NCBI GenBank assembly: GCA_963827275.1
Contig: CAWHAA010000007.1
Location: 160,001-224,000, forward strand
Source of the DNA: an uncultured Spirochaetota bacterium
GTDB lineage: Bacteria; Spirochaetota; UBA4802; UBA5550
Length of the DNA: 64,000 nucleotides
Direction: 5' to 3'
This document shows positions 1 to 9,930 of the stretch, in pieces. Positions within the stretch are counted from its first letter, which is position 1. Every line of letters starts with the position of its first letter. Made by a program: the position numbers and the translations under genes. The notes under the pieces were generated by a model. That model was not told where the DNA came from. It worked only from the letters and a program-made list of their open reading frames with translations, and made no database searches.

Positions 1-48
1 TACGAAAGCCGCGGAATGACTGTAAAACTTTGAAACCAGGGTGGGGAC

Positions 49-426
49 ATGGCCAAGGACTACCACGAAAAAGACTATGATGATGAAGTATATGAAGACG
101 GGTATTACGAAGAGCATTACGAGGAAGAGGAACTGGAAGACGAAGCCGAACTCATAGAGGAAGAGGAAGAGCTGGATGCCGGGGAAGAGGTCGCGGTAGG
201 CGACCGCATCGACGATGAGGAAGCGGAAGAGGAGGCCGTCGTCGAGGGCGAGGAGGAGGTCAGCTGGGACGAAGAGGACCAGAAGAAGATGACCGTCAGT
301 TACGCGTGCGAGGAATGCGACTACCGCTGGGACGATATCGTCATCAAGAAAAAAGGGGTGATCGAGGATGAGGAGCCCGATGTTATCTGCCCCATGTGCG
401 GATCAATGAACGTTACCCTGATATGA
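49..426 (+). CDS. Highly acidic small protein with C-terminal zinc ribbon
   Basis: Over half of the first ~78 residues are D/E. CEEC and CPMCG motifs. Stop overlaps the uvrA start (ATGA at 423-426). Confidence 0.8.
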   Translation: MAKDYHEKDYDDEVYEDGYYEEHYEEEELEDEAELIEEEEELDAGEEVAVGDRIDDEEAEEEAVVEGEEEVSWDEEDQKKMTVSYACEECDYRWDDIVIKKKGVIEDEEPDVICPMCGSMNVTLI

Positions 427-3264
427 GCGGTCGGTCCATTGTAATAAAGGGAGCACGAGAGCACAATCTAAAGAACATATCAGTAGAAATCCCGCGGGAC
501 AGGCTCGTTGTCCTGACCGGGCTGTCCGGTTCCGGAAAATCATCACTTGCATTTGACACCATTTACGCCGAGGGGCAGCGCCGCTACGTGGAATCGCTTT
601 CATCGTACGCCCGGCAGTTCCTCGGCCTCATGGAGAAGCCGGACGTCGATTACATCGACGGGCTTTCCCCCGCAATATCCATAGAACAGAAGACGACCCA
701 CCGGAACCCCCGGTCCACGGTCGGCACCGTTACCGAGATCTACGATTACTTCAGGCTCCTCTACGCGCGTATCGGCGTGCCCCACTGCCACAAGTGCGGA
801 AAAAAAATATCATCGCAGTCGCTCGACCAGATCGTCGAGAACCTGATGACCTACCCGCAGGGGACGCGGCTGCAGGTCCTGGCGCCGCTGGTGCGCGGCA
901 GGAAGGGCGAGCATGCCGACAGGTTCGAGCAGGCGCGCAAGAAGGGCTTCGTGCGGGTGCGGGTCGACGGCGAGGTGAAGCGAGCTCGAGGAGGAGATCA
1001 AACTCGACAAGAACCACAAGCACACCGTGGAGATCATCGTCGACCGGATCGTCCTGAAGGACGGGGTGCGGCCGCGCTTGCCGAGTCGGTCGAGACCTCG
1101 ATGGAGCTCGCCGAGGGCCTGGTGACCGTGCTCATCGACGGCGCGGACGGGGGCGCGGCGGAGGAGCGGCTCTTTTCAACGAAGCTCTCCTGCACCGAGT
1201 GCGGCATCTCCATCCCGGAGCTGTCGCCGCGGATGTTTTCCTTCAACAGCCCCTACGGCGCCTGCCCTGCCTGCACGGGCCTGGGGTTCATCATGCAGTT
1301 CGACCCGAACCTCATCGTGTCGGACCCGGACCGGTCGCTCTATGACGGGGTGCTGGAGGTGTGGGGCAAGACCACGAGCTACTGGTACCTCGAGCAGATA
1401 AAGACCCTGGAAAAGAACCTCGGCTTTGACGCGCATACGCCCTGGAAGAAGCTCCCGAAAAAGATAAAGGACATCATCCTCTACGGATCGGAAGGGAAAG
1501 AAGATCGACTACAAGGTCAAGCGCGAGAACGCGGAGTACCGCTTCACCCGCGCCTTCGAGGGCGTGATCCCGAACCTGCACCGCCGCTACATGGAGACGA
1601 AGTCCGAGGACATGCGCATCTGGATGGAGGGCTACATGTCCAACAAGGTGTGCGAGGAGTGCGGGGGCAAGCGGCTGCGGCCGGAGAGCCTGGCCGTGAA
1701 GGTGGCGGGATACGGCATCGACGAGATCACGGCGCGGTCGATCGGCGCGGCGAACGAGCTCTTCCGGGACCTGGCGCTCACGGACACCGAGAAAAAGATC
1801 TCCGAGCAGATCATGAAGGAGATACGGGCCCGGCTCAAGTTCCTCAGCGACGTCGGCATCGATTACATCACGCTGGACCGGGCCGCCGGCACCCTCTCGG
1901 GCGGGGAGTCGCAGCGGATCCGGCTCGCCACCCAGATCGGGTCGAGCCTGACGGGGGTGCTCTATGTCCTGGACGAACCGAGCATCGGCCTCCACCAGCG
2001 CGACAACCGGAAGCTCCTGGCCACGCTGAAGCGCCTGCGCGACCTGGGAAACACGGTCATCGTGGTGGAGCACGACGAGGACACCATCCGCGAGGCCGAG
2101 TACGTCGTGGACCTGGGCCCGGGCGCGGGCCTTCACGGCGGCTACGTCGTGGCCGCGGGCACTCCCGCCGAGATCGAGGCGAACAGGGACTCCCTCACCG
2201 GCCGCTACCTGGCGGGCGAGTCCTTCATCCCGGTCCCGGGAAAGCGGCGGGAGCCGTCCGACTTCATCGAAATAAAAGGGGCGCGGGAGAATAACCTAAA
2301 GAAGATAGACGCGAAATTCCCGCTCGGCCTGTTCACCGCGGTGACCGGCGTGTCCGGCTCCGGGAAATCGACCCTCGTCATCGACATACTCTACAAGGCG
2401 CTGTCGTCCCTGGTGATGAAATCGAAGGAGTATCCGGGCGCGTTCGAAAAGTTCCTCGGCGTGGAGAAGATCGACAAGGTGATCGATATCGACCAGTCGC
2501 CCATCGGGCGGACGCCCCGTTCGAACCCCGCCACCTATACCGGCCTCTTCACGCCGATACGCGACCTCTTCACCAGGCTCCCCGAGTCGAAGCTCCGGGG
2601 CTACCAGCCGGGGCGCTTTTCCTTCAACGTGCCCGGCGGGCGCTGCGAATCGTGCTACGGGGACGGCGTCATCAAGATCGAGATGCACTTCCTGCCCGAC
2701 GTGTACATCACCTGCGAGGTGTGCAAGGGGAGGCGCTATAACCATGAGACGCTCGAGGTGCGCTACAAGGGAAAGAACATCTATGAGATACTGGAGATGA
2801 CCGTGGAGGAGGCGCTCGAATTCTTCAGCGCGGTCCCCGCGGTCAGGAGCAAGCTCGACACCCTGAACCGGGTGGGGCTCGGGTACATCAAGCTCGGGCA
2901 GCCCGCCACGACCCTGTCGGGGGGCGAGGCGCAGCGGGTGAAGCTGTCGGCCGAGCTGTCGAAGCGGGCGACCGGCAGGACCGTCTACCTGCTCGACGAG
3001 CCGACCACGGGCCTCCATTTCGCCGACATCCAGAAGCTGATCGACGTGCTCCAGTCGCTGGTGGACAAGGGGAACACCGTGATCGTCATCGAGCACAACC
3101 TGGACGTGATCAAGACCGCGGACTGGATCATCGACCTCGGGCCGGAGGGCGGCGACGCGGGAGGCCGCATCGTCGCGCAGGGCACGCCCGAGGAGGTCGC
3201 GCTCGTGAAGGAGTCGTACACGGGGCAGTTCCTCAAGAAGGCGCTTAAGAAAAAATCACGATAG
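423..3264 (+). CDS. uvrA: Excinuclease ABC subunit A, with apparent indels near 980, 1077 and 1500
   Basis: GAREHNLKN, Walker [10 protein letters not shown] and [18 protein letters not shown] and LSGGEAQRV signatures, Zn fingers. Split across ORFs 396..2294 and 1564..3264. Confidence 0.97.
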
Positions 3265-3442
3265 TAGCCGTTCCCTCACGGCGGACGCCTGAAAAAATAG
3301 TTGTGTTAATTATCCTTCTCTGTATTATTTAGCGAAATTGTCATCCACGAGAGCTCTTTCATTCCCATGTATGCTGGCGGAAGGGGAGGGCCGCCGGTCG
3401 TGAGAATCGGTCACCGGTATAAACACGTAGAGGTATGGATTT

Positions 3443-4087
3443 ATGAAAAACAACAGGCATGCTGCATATGCGTCCATGTGCGTTATTATCACGCTTTTTT
3501 TCCTTGCCGGGTGCGGGTCCCTGACGCGCTCCGCGACACGCGGCGACCTTAACGGAGTGAAAAAGCACCTCTCGGAAGGCGCCGATATCAACCAGTCCGA
3601 CAGGTGGGGATGGACCCCGGTGATGTGGTCTGTCTATTATAATTATTACGATGTTGTCAAATACATGCTTGAGAACGGGGCCAATGCGAACGCGCGCACC
3701 CAGAAAGCGTACGGCTCCATTGCGAAGGGAAGCACGCCGCTCATCATCGCCGCCTATTATGATTACCCGGGCATCGTGCTCAGGCTTATGAAGCACGGCG
3801 CCAACCCGAAGCTGGAAAACGAGCGGGGCGAGACCGCCTATACCGTGGCCGAAAAATTTAATTTTTCCGATATACTGGAGATCCTCGAAGGGAAGGGGAA
3901 AAAGGGGTACGCCCCGGTGAAGGACGAAGGGGAACCGGAGGAGGCCAACCAGATCATACTCATGAAGGACGGGAGCAAGATCGTGGGGAAGATAATTACC
4001 CAGACGCGCACCCATGTCACGGTCAAAACAAAGTACAGCACCATGACCATCGAAAAAGACAGGATCAGCGAGATGAAATTCAAGTAG
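3443..4087 (+). CDS. Ankyrin-repeat lipoprotein with small C-terminal beta domain
   Basis: Lipobox LAGC. Ankyrin motifs GWTPVMWS, GSTPLIIAA, GETAYTVA. Confidence 0.85.
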   Translation: MKNNRHAAYASMCVIITLFFLAGCGSLTRSATRGDLNGVKKHLSEGADINQSDRWGWTPVMWSVYYNYYDVVKYMLENGANANARTQKAYGSIAKGSTPLIIAAYYDYPGIVLRLMKHGANPKLENERGETAYTVAEKFNFSDILEILEGKGKKGYAPVKDEGEPEEANQIILMKDGSKIVGKIITQTRTHVTVKTKYSTMTIEKDRISEMKFK

Positions 4088-4154
4088 GCGGACGCACCAG
4101 ATCGCCGGCAGGTTTTATGGAGTGCAAACAGGACGGGGCCCCGTCCTGTTGTGC

Positions 4155-5075
4155 TTATCGCATCCGGATTGTCTTTATGCTCCGCGTGGGCACCTGGATG
4201 ATCCCGTGGGGCGTGTGGATGCGCGCCACGGAGGTGTCCTGGTAGATGACCGCGCCCACGAGTACCGTGCCGTCATCCAGGCTCACCTCTTCAAGCTTGT
4301 TGTAATATTCCTTGATGGCCTTTTCTGTTTTAAGCACGGGCGCAGCTTGTTCCGCTGCACGCTTTTCTGCCGCTGCCGGGCCTTGCCCGGCTCCTGCCAC
4401 GGCACCGCCGGTGGCGCCGATGGTCTTTTCCAGGGCCGCTTCCTCTTGTTTGAGCTCTTCCATCGCCTGTTCCGGTATTGTCTTTATCGCCGCTTCATAG
4501 GTGCCGCGTGATACTTCAAGCGTCTCTCCTTCTCTGACCAGGCCGCCGGCCTGCGGCCTGCTGCCCGCCGTGACCTGCACCGTCCCGCGCAGCACCGTCA
4601 CGCCGGTCGCGGCGCCCGCCGATGTTTTTCCGGACCTGTCGACCGACACCACGAAGGTCGTTCCCCGGACGGACGCGACCGCGGTCGGCGTCCTGACCCT
4701 GAGGGAGTCGGGCTTCGCGAGCTTTGATATGAGCAGCATGGCCCTGCCTTTTTCCACTGCGAACTCGGTATCATCCGCGCCGGCGGTTCCGGCCGGCCCT
4801 ATTTTCGATATGATGAATTCTGAATTTTCGTAGACCTTGACGGCTGATTGTTCGGGGAACAGCAGGGTGACCATCGAATTCTCACCGGTCAGCACCCTGT
4901 CGCCGGGGCCAAGGAGAGCGTTCAGCGGCAGGTCGTTTCCCGGGACGTTAAGGCTTACCGCGCCGACCCTGTTTACCGCGGTGACCGGTCCCCCGCTCTT
5001 TTTTTCCTTCACGCATCCGTATGACAGGACGGCTGCAAGAAGAAGGAGTGCCGCGCCGCGTGTTGCACTGTTCAT
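4155..5075 (-). CDS. FecR-domain lipoprotein, LipL45-like
   Basis: Lipobox-like SYGC. FecR motifs GDRVLTG and VRTPTAVASVRGT. C-terminal LEEVSLDDGTVLVGAV domain. Confidence 0.85.
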   Translation of the reverse strand: MNSATRGAALLLLAAVLSYGCVKEKKSGGPVTAVNRVGAVSLNVPGNDLPLNALLGPGDRVLTGENSMVTLLFPEQSAVKVYENSEFIISKIGPAGTAGADDTEFAVEKGRAMLLISKLAKPDSLRVRTPTAVASVRGTTFVVSVDRSGKTSAGAATGVTVLRGTVQVTAGSRPQAGGLVREGETLEVSRGTYEAAIKTIPEQAMEELKQEEAALEKTIGATGGAVAGAGQGPAAAEKRAAEQAAPVLKTEKAIKEYYNKLEEVSLDDGTVLVGAVIYQDTSVARIHTPHGIIQVPTRSIKTIRMR

Positions 5076-5342
5076 AATCAGCTCCGGAGTAAGTGGTTTC
5101 TTTCTTAACGTTAGTAAGAAAATCAGGTCCAGTCAAGGATATTTTGCCCGCCCGGCTGCGGCGGCTTGCATTGCCCGCAGTGGGCCGCCGCGGTCTTTTT
5201 TCTGTCACCGGGCGGCTAAATCCAAAAAAACTCTTGCATTATGTCTCATTTGTTTATATAAATGCAATAATTTATTATGTCGCTAAAAACGGGCCAAATT
5301 TTACACAATTCGCTGCCCGGTTGGGACGATAATATAACAGCC

Positions 5343-7376
5343 ATGGGTTCTACAAACACATCTTTTATGAAGCGATTCTGGGCGCCGGTACTTCTTGTGT
5401 CCGTTATCTGTTTCTATCCCCCGCTTGCCTTCTCCGAGATGAAGGACATGGTCAGGTTCGAGGTGGCGAAGAAACATTACCGCCAGGGGTGCGTGCATTT
5501 CAACGCCATGCGCTATCTCGCCTCTGTCGAGTTCTTCCGCAAGGCGGTGAACGCGTATCCCGACTACTATACCGCCCGCGACCACCTTGCCCGCGCCTAC
5601 AAGCTCGCGGGGTTCACCGACGCCGCGCTGAAGGAATGGGAAAGCCTGGCGGAAGCCTCCCCGGACAATGTCGCCGTGGTGTCGAAGATCGACGGGCTCC
5701 GCTTCCAGGACGCGGCGCGCGAGAGGCCGGCGGACGGCTCGGAGTACGTTGAGTACGAGGCGTATAAATCCTCGGCGTATAACCGGTTCCGCTTCAAAAA
5801 CCCCGTCGATATAGCCGTTGACACGGACAAGAACATCTATATCACTTCCTTTTCCGAGGGATCGCTGGTCAAACTTGACACCAACGGCCGCGGCATTTTT
5901 TCCATAAAGACGTCGATCTCCGGCACCCTCTACGGTGTTGACTGCCATGCGGGCAGGGTCGCCGTTTCGGATTTCAGGGGGGACCGGGTCTATATACTGG
6001 ACTCCGGCGGGAAGACCCTGCAGAGGTTCGGCTCGAGCGGCGCCGGGGAAGGGGAGTTCCACGGGCCCGAAGGCCTCTGCTTCAATGACAGGGGCGAGCT
6101 CTATGTCGTCGATTCGGGAAACAGCCGGGTGCAGAAGTTCGATGACACGGGAAAATTCATCCTCCAGTTCGGGAAGAAGGGCGAGTACGAGGGCGAGCTT
6201 TCGAAGCCCACTGACGTCGCCGCCCTCGGCGACAGGGTATACGTCACCGATACCGGCAACCGCCGGATAGCCTGTTTTGACGATTCGGGCAATTTCATAG
6301 AGAACATTACTGGCGATGCCCTCTACTCGCCGCGCGGGATTGCGCGCCACAAGGACCTGCTCCTCGTGTCTGACGAGAAGAAGGGGCCGCTCTTCTACCG
6401 TCCCGCGGACCGGTCGCTCTCCCCCTTCGAGCCGGGGTCGGGCCTGTCGCGCGCTGTGGCGTCCGCCGTGGACAGGGACGGATATATCTACTGCCTCGAC
6501 TATAACCGGGAATCGGTGGTGCTCTTCTCGCCGGTGCAGAAGCGCTATTCCAACATGAGCCTTGAAATCACCTCGGTTGACACGGCGAGCTTCCCGGTCG
6601 TGGCGTTTTACGTCAATGTCAGGAACAGGGACGGCAGCGCGGTCTACGGGCTCGATAAAACGAATTTTACGGTCACCGAGGACGGCGCCCTCATTACGAA
6701 TATCTACAGCGATTATTTAAAGCGCCTCATGCCGTCGGTGTCGATCTCTCTCTGCGTGGACCGCTCGGACAGGGCGGAGCAGTTCCACGGCGACCTGCCC
6801 TGGACCGCGGAATTCATTCTGCAGAAGATGCGGAAGAACGACTCGATCGAGGTGATAAATTTCAACCGTGAGCCGTGGGCCGGCACGAGGTTCGACTGGA
6901 GCCGCCGGAGGACCCTCCGGGCGCTCAGGGAGCGCGAGTACGGCGGGGGAAAAAATTTCGGCAAGGCGCTCTACGGCGCGATCGGCGACCTGGTCCCGCG
7001 CCTGAACCGCCGGGGCGTCGTCATGGTCACGGACGGGAGCGTCGATGAAAATTCCTTCCGGAGCTACACCCCGGAGAACATCATCCGCTACGCGAAATCG
7101 CACTATATCCCCATCTATATTGTCTCGTTCAGGGAGCCCGATCAGCAGCTCCGGGACATAGCCGAGGAGACGGGCGGCGCAGTGTTCAGGCCGAGGGACG
7201 TGGACAGCCTCAGGTCGATCTATTCGCGCATCAAGAATTCGGAGGAATACCGGTACGTGCTGGTATACTCGACCTTCAAGCTCAAGTCGTTCCGGGGTTG
7301 GTGGTCCGACGTAAAGATAGAGGCCGACCACAAGGGACAGAAGGGCGTTGAATGGGGCGGCTATTTCGTGCCGTAG
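5343..7376 (+). CDS. Secreted TPR + NHL beta-propeller + VWA-like protein
   Basis: Signal peptide (start 5343 or 5367), TPR-like helices, NHL repeats (FHGPEGL...YVVDSGNSRVQKFD; YVTDTGNRRI), C-terminal VWA-like region (VDRS, VTDG). Confidence 0.85.
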   Translation: MGSTNTSFMKRFWAPVLLVSVICFYPPLAFSEMKDMVRFEVAKKHYRQGCVHFNAMRYLASVEFFRKAVNAYPDYYTARDHLARAYKLAGFTDAALKEWESLAEASPDNVAVVSKIDGLRFQDAARERPADGSEYVEYEAYKSSAYNRFRFKNPVDIAVDTDKNIYITSFSEGSLVKLDTNGRGIFSIKTSISGTLYGVDCHAGRVAVSDFRGDRVYILDSGGKTLQRFGSSGAGEGEFHGPEGLCFNDRGELYVVDSGNSRVQKFDDTGKFILQFGKKGEYEGELSKPTDVAALGDRVYVTDTGNRRIACFDDSGNFIENITGDALYSPRGIARHKDLLLVSDEKKGPLFYRPADRSLSPFEPGSGLSRAVASAVDRDGYIYCLDYNRESVVLFSPVQKRYSNMSLEITSVDTASFPVVAFYVNVRNRDGSAVYGLDKTNFTVTEDGALITNIYSDYLKRLMPSVSISLCVDRSDRAEQFHGDLPWTAEFILQKMRKNDSIEVINFNREPWAGTRFDWSRRRTLRALREREYGGGKNFGKALYGAIGDLVPRLNRRGVVMVTDGSVDENSFRSYTPENIIRYAKSHYIPIYIVSFREPDQQLRDIAEETGGAVFRPRDVDSLRSIYSRIKNSEEYRYVLVYSTFKLKSFRGWWSDVKIEADHKGQKGVEWGGYFVP

Positions 7377-7391
7377 GAGGCGTGGAAAGGT

Positions 7392-8015
7392 ATGCAGTTC
7401 GTACAGGAAAGCTTGATCAGCGCCCTTAAAAAGAAGGGCATATCCTCCGGCTCCGTCCTCCAGGCGATGGCGGGCGTGCCGCGCCACCTCTTCGTTTCCG
7501 AGGCCCTCCGCTTCCATGCCTACAATGACATATCGCTTCCGATCGGCCACGGCCAGACCATATCCAAGCCGTCGGTGATCGCGAAGATGGTGCAGTCCCT
7601 CGATCTGACCGGCGACGAGCGGGTCCTTGAGATCGGGACCGGCTCGGGATACCAGTCGGCGATACTCTCACGGCTCGCCGGCTCGCTGGTCACCATGGAG
7701 CGCATCGAGGAGCTGGCCAACCGCGCCAGGGGGCTCCTGTTCGGCCTGGGCTACCGCAACATCCAGTTCATCCATTCGGGCGATTTCAACGAGGTGAAGG
7801 GCGTCTTCGACGCGGTCATCGTGGCGGCGGGCGCGGACATCCTCCCGGTATCGCTGTTCGGCAAGATCGTCCCGGGCGGCAGGCTCATCATTCCGGTGGG
7901 GAGCCGGCGGGGCCACCGCATAAAGAAATTCATCGTCAAACAGAACGGCGTTGTCGTCGAGGAGGATATCGGCGAGGCCACGTTCGTGCCCTACATCATA
8001 GGCGAGACCGCGTAA
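7392..8015 (+). CDS. pcm: Protein-L-isoaspartate O-methyltransferase
   Basis: VPRHLFV, LPIGHGQTISKP, VLEIGTGSGY motifs. Confidence 0.92.
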   Translation: MQFVQESLISALKKKGISSGSVLQAMAGVPRHLFVSEALRFHAYNDISLPIGHGQTISKPSVIAKMVQSLDLTGDERVLEIGTGSGYQSAILSRLAGSLVTMERIEELANRARGLLFGLGYRNIQFIHSGDFNEVKGVFDAVIVAAGADILPVSLFGKIVPGGRLIIPVGSRRGHRIKKFIVKQNGVVVEEDIGEATFVPYIIGETA

Positions 8016-8051
8016 TACCTCTGCCGGAGCGGGGGCCGGTCCCCACGCCGG

Positions 8052-9103
8052 TTAAAATCCTATGTAAAATCCCCTGTTCTGCACCGCCAGCTCTTTCAGG
8101 AAGTCAACCGCCTCCGAGTCCTCCTGCTTCCTGAACTCGGTGCCGACCCCGACGGTAAATATCTTTTTATCCGACCTGTTCATGGTGCGTATCTTTTTGA
8201 GAAGGGCGTCCCTGGTAAGCTTCTTTTTCCTGAGTGGAATCCGGCTGGCCGTCGCTGAAGAGAATGATCCCCGCCGCGTCCCTGTAGGCGTCCTTCGTAA
8301 GAACGAATTCCATCGCGGTTTCCGTCGGCGTGTCGTGGTACGGCTGCAGGCAGGCGATCTTCTGGTAAAAGCCGTGCTTGTCGTTCTCTGAGAGGATATT
8401 CACCAGTTTCCCCTCGAAGTATCCGTACTTGTAGCACGTCAGCGCGGGGTTGTCGTACGCTTCGTCGCGCAGCTCGTAGCCGGCGCAGCGCTTATCGGGG
8501 CCGGGGCGTATGACGAACCCCGGGTATATCTCCCTGTTGATGTTTTCGGTGAATGCCGGGAAATAGACGATATCGATCCAGTACCGCTCGTCCATGGCGG
8601 CGATGAACATCTTCAGCGCGGCCTTCACCTGCGAGAGCCGGTCCTCCCTGTACTTGTTGTTCTCCGCGGCCATGCTCCCGGACAGGTCGATCACCATCAC
8701 GATTTTATGGGGTATCCTGAACGCGATCAGCTCGCTGGTGTCGTCGGTGGCCTTGAATAATCTCATTCTTTATCTCGTTGATTTTTTTTACGACGTTCGC
8801 GAATTGTAGCGTCGTCGAGTCGATTATCTTCGTGATGGACGAAATTTTCTCAATTGTCTGTGGATGTTCCGTTTTGTATTTTTGCAGTTCCTTCCGGGTC
8901 TCCGTCAGCTCGTTGGTCGTTTTCGCGAGCTCGTCAGATGCCGTCATCAGCTCCGATTTCACGTCCTGGCAGGCCGAAGATTCCACGCCGATCTTTTGCG
9001 TCAGCAGTATGAGCATCAATATCACGACCGCGCCGAGGGCGCCTGATATGGTGTCCAGCATGGAGATGTTAAAAGAATTTATTTCCCGGCCCGGACGTTT
9101 CAT
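8052..9103 (-). CDS. Membrane-anchored coiled-coil + VWA protein (indels near 8765 and 8235)
   Basis: N-terminal FNISMLDTISGALGAVVILM TM segment with an Asp. MIDAS DLSGS, T, FSDG. Frame-shifted tail IFTVGVG...FLKELAVQNRGFYIGF ends at TAA 8052-8054. Confidence 0.75.
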
Positions 9104-9898
9104 AGACTTTTCCGCCTGTCAAAAACATGGAGCCTGTTTATCAGATTTGTCAGCACGTACTTCCCCGCCCTGTTCAGTACGTCCTCTTCGCCTCTCTGTA
9201 CGATGTTCCATATAAACACCAGTATTGCGCTCAGGACGAGGGCGACGATCGTCGTTCCGAACGCGAAGCCGAGGTCTGCCGTGATTTTTTTAAATATCAG
9301 GACTTTTTCGGCGCCGGCCCCCATGAATTTGTTGATGTCCATCCGTCCCAGGGCGTACGCAATACCGATAACGGTCCCCATGAAGCCGAAGGTCGGTATG
9401 GCCCATACGAGATACCTGATGATCGAATAATTAAGGTCCAGGCGGTGTATGCTCAGGTCGAGATTGCTGTTCAGCACGGAGATGGTATCGCTGATCGAGT
9501 GTGATTTTGAATACTGGATGATGCTGGTGTTTATCAGGTCGGGAAGAAACGCCTCGGCCCGCACGGCGGCATTGGACACGTTGATCCTGATCGCCTCGAT
9601 GTCCTCGTCGTTTTCCAGGAGCTTCCCCGTCTTCCTCGGGAAGGAACCCCGATTTTGTAAGGAAAACATTCTCTTCGTAGGTGCAGAGCCATCGTATCCA
9701 TAATTGCCCGAGGCCAATGAAGAATAAAAGGTGCATCAGGTTTTGCAGGGAAAACGGGTACACCGGCGATGATGTTTCGCCGATCATCATGTCTCCCCAG
9801 AACGTGCCTCCGATGAAAACGGTCAGAAGGGCTATGATGACGATGGCGACAACGACTGATATGCCGAGCGCGATCCAGTTTCTGTTGGAATAACTCAT
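9100..9898 (-). CDS. MotA/TolQ/ExbB proton-channel family protein (indel near 9635)
   Basis: AIPTFGFMGTVIGI and AFGTTIVAL motifs. Start MSYSNRNW with AGAGGAG RBS. Confidence 0.85.
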
Positions 9899-9930
9899 GT
9901 GATAATCTCCTCTGCCGGGCTGATTGCCGG

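Noticed and set aside
1..20. GAATGAC tails at the window start, near 44889 and near 46068 as REP ends
   Set aside because: Too short or truncated; no partner arm visible.
8052..9898. MotA-like pair as Zorya or flagellar stator
   Set aside because: No long ZorA tail, no OmpA-like peptidoglycan-binding domain, and no ZorC/D/E-like genes nearby.
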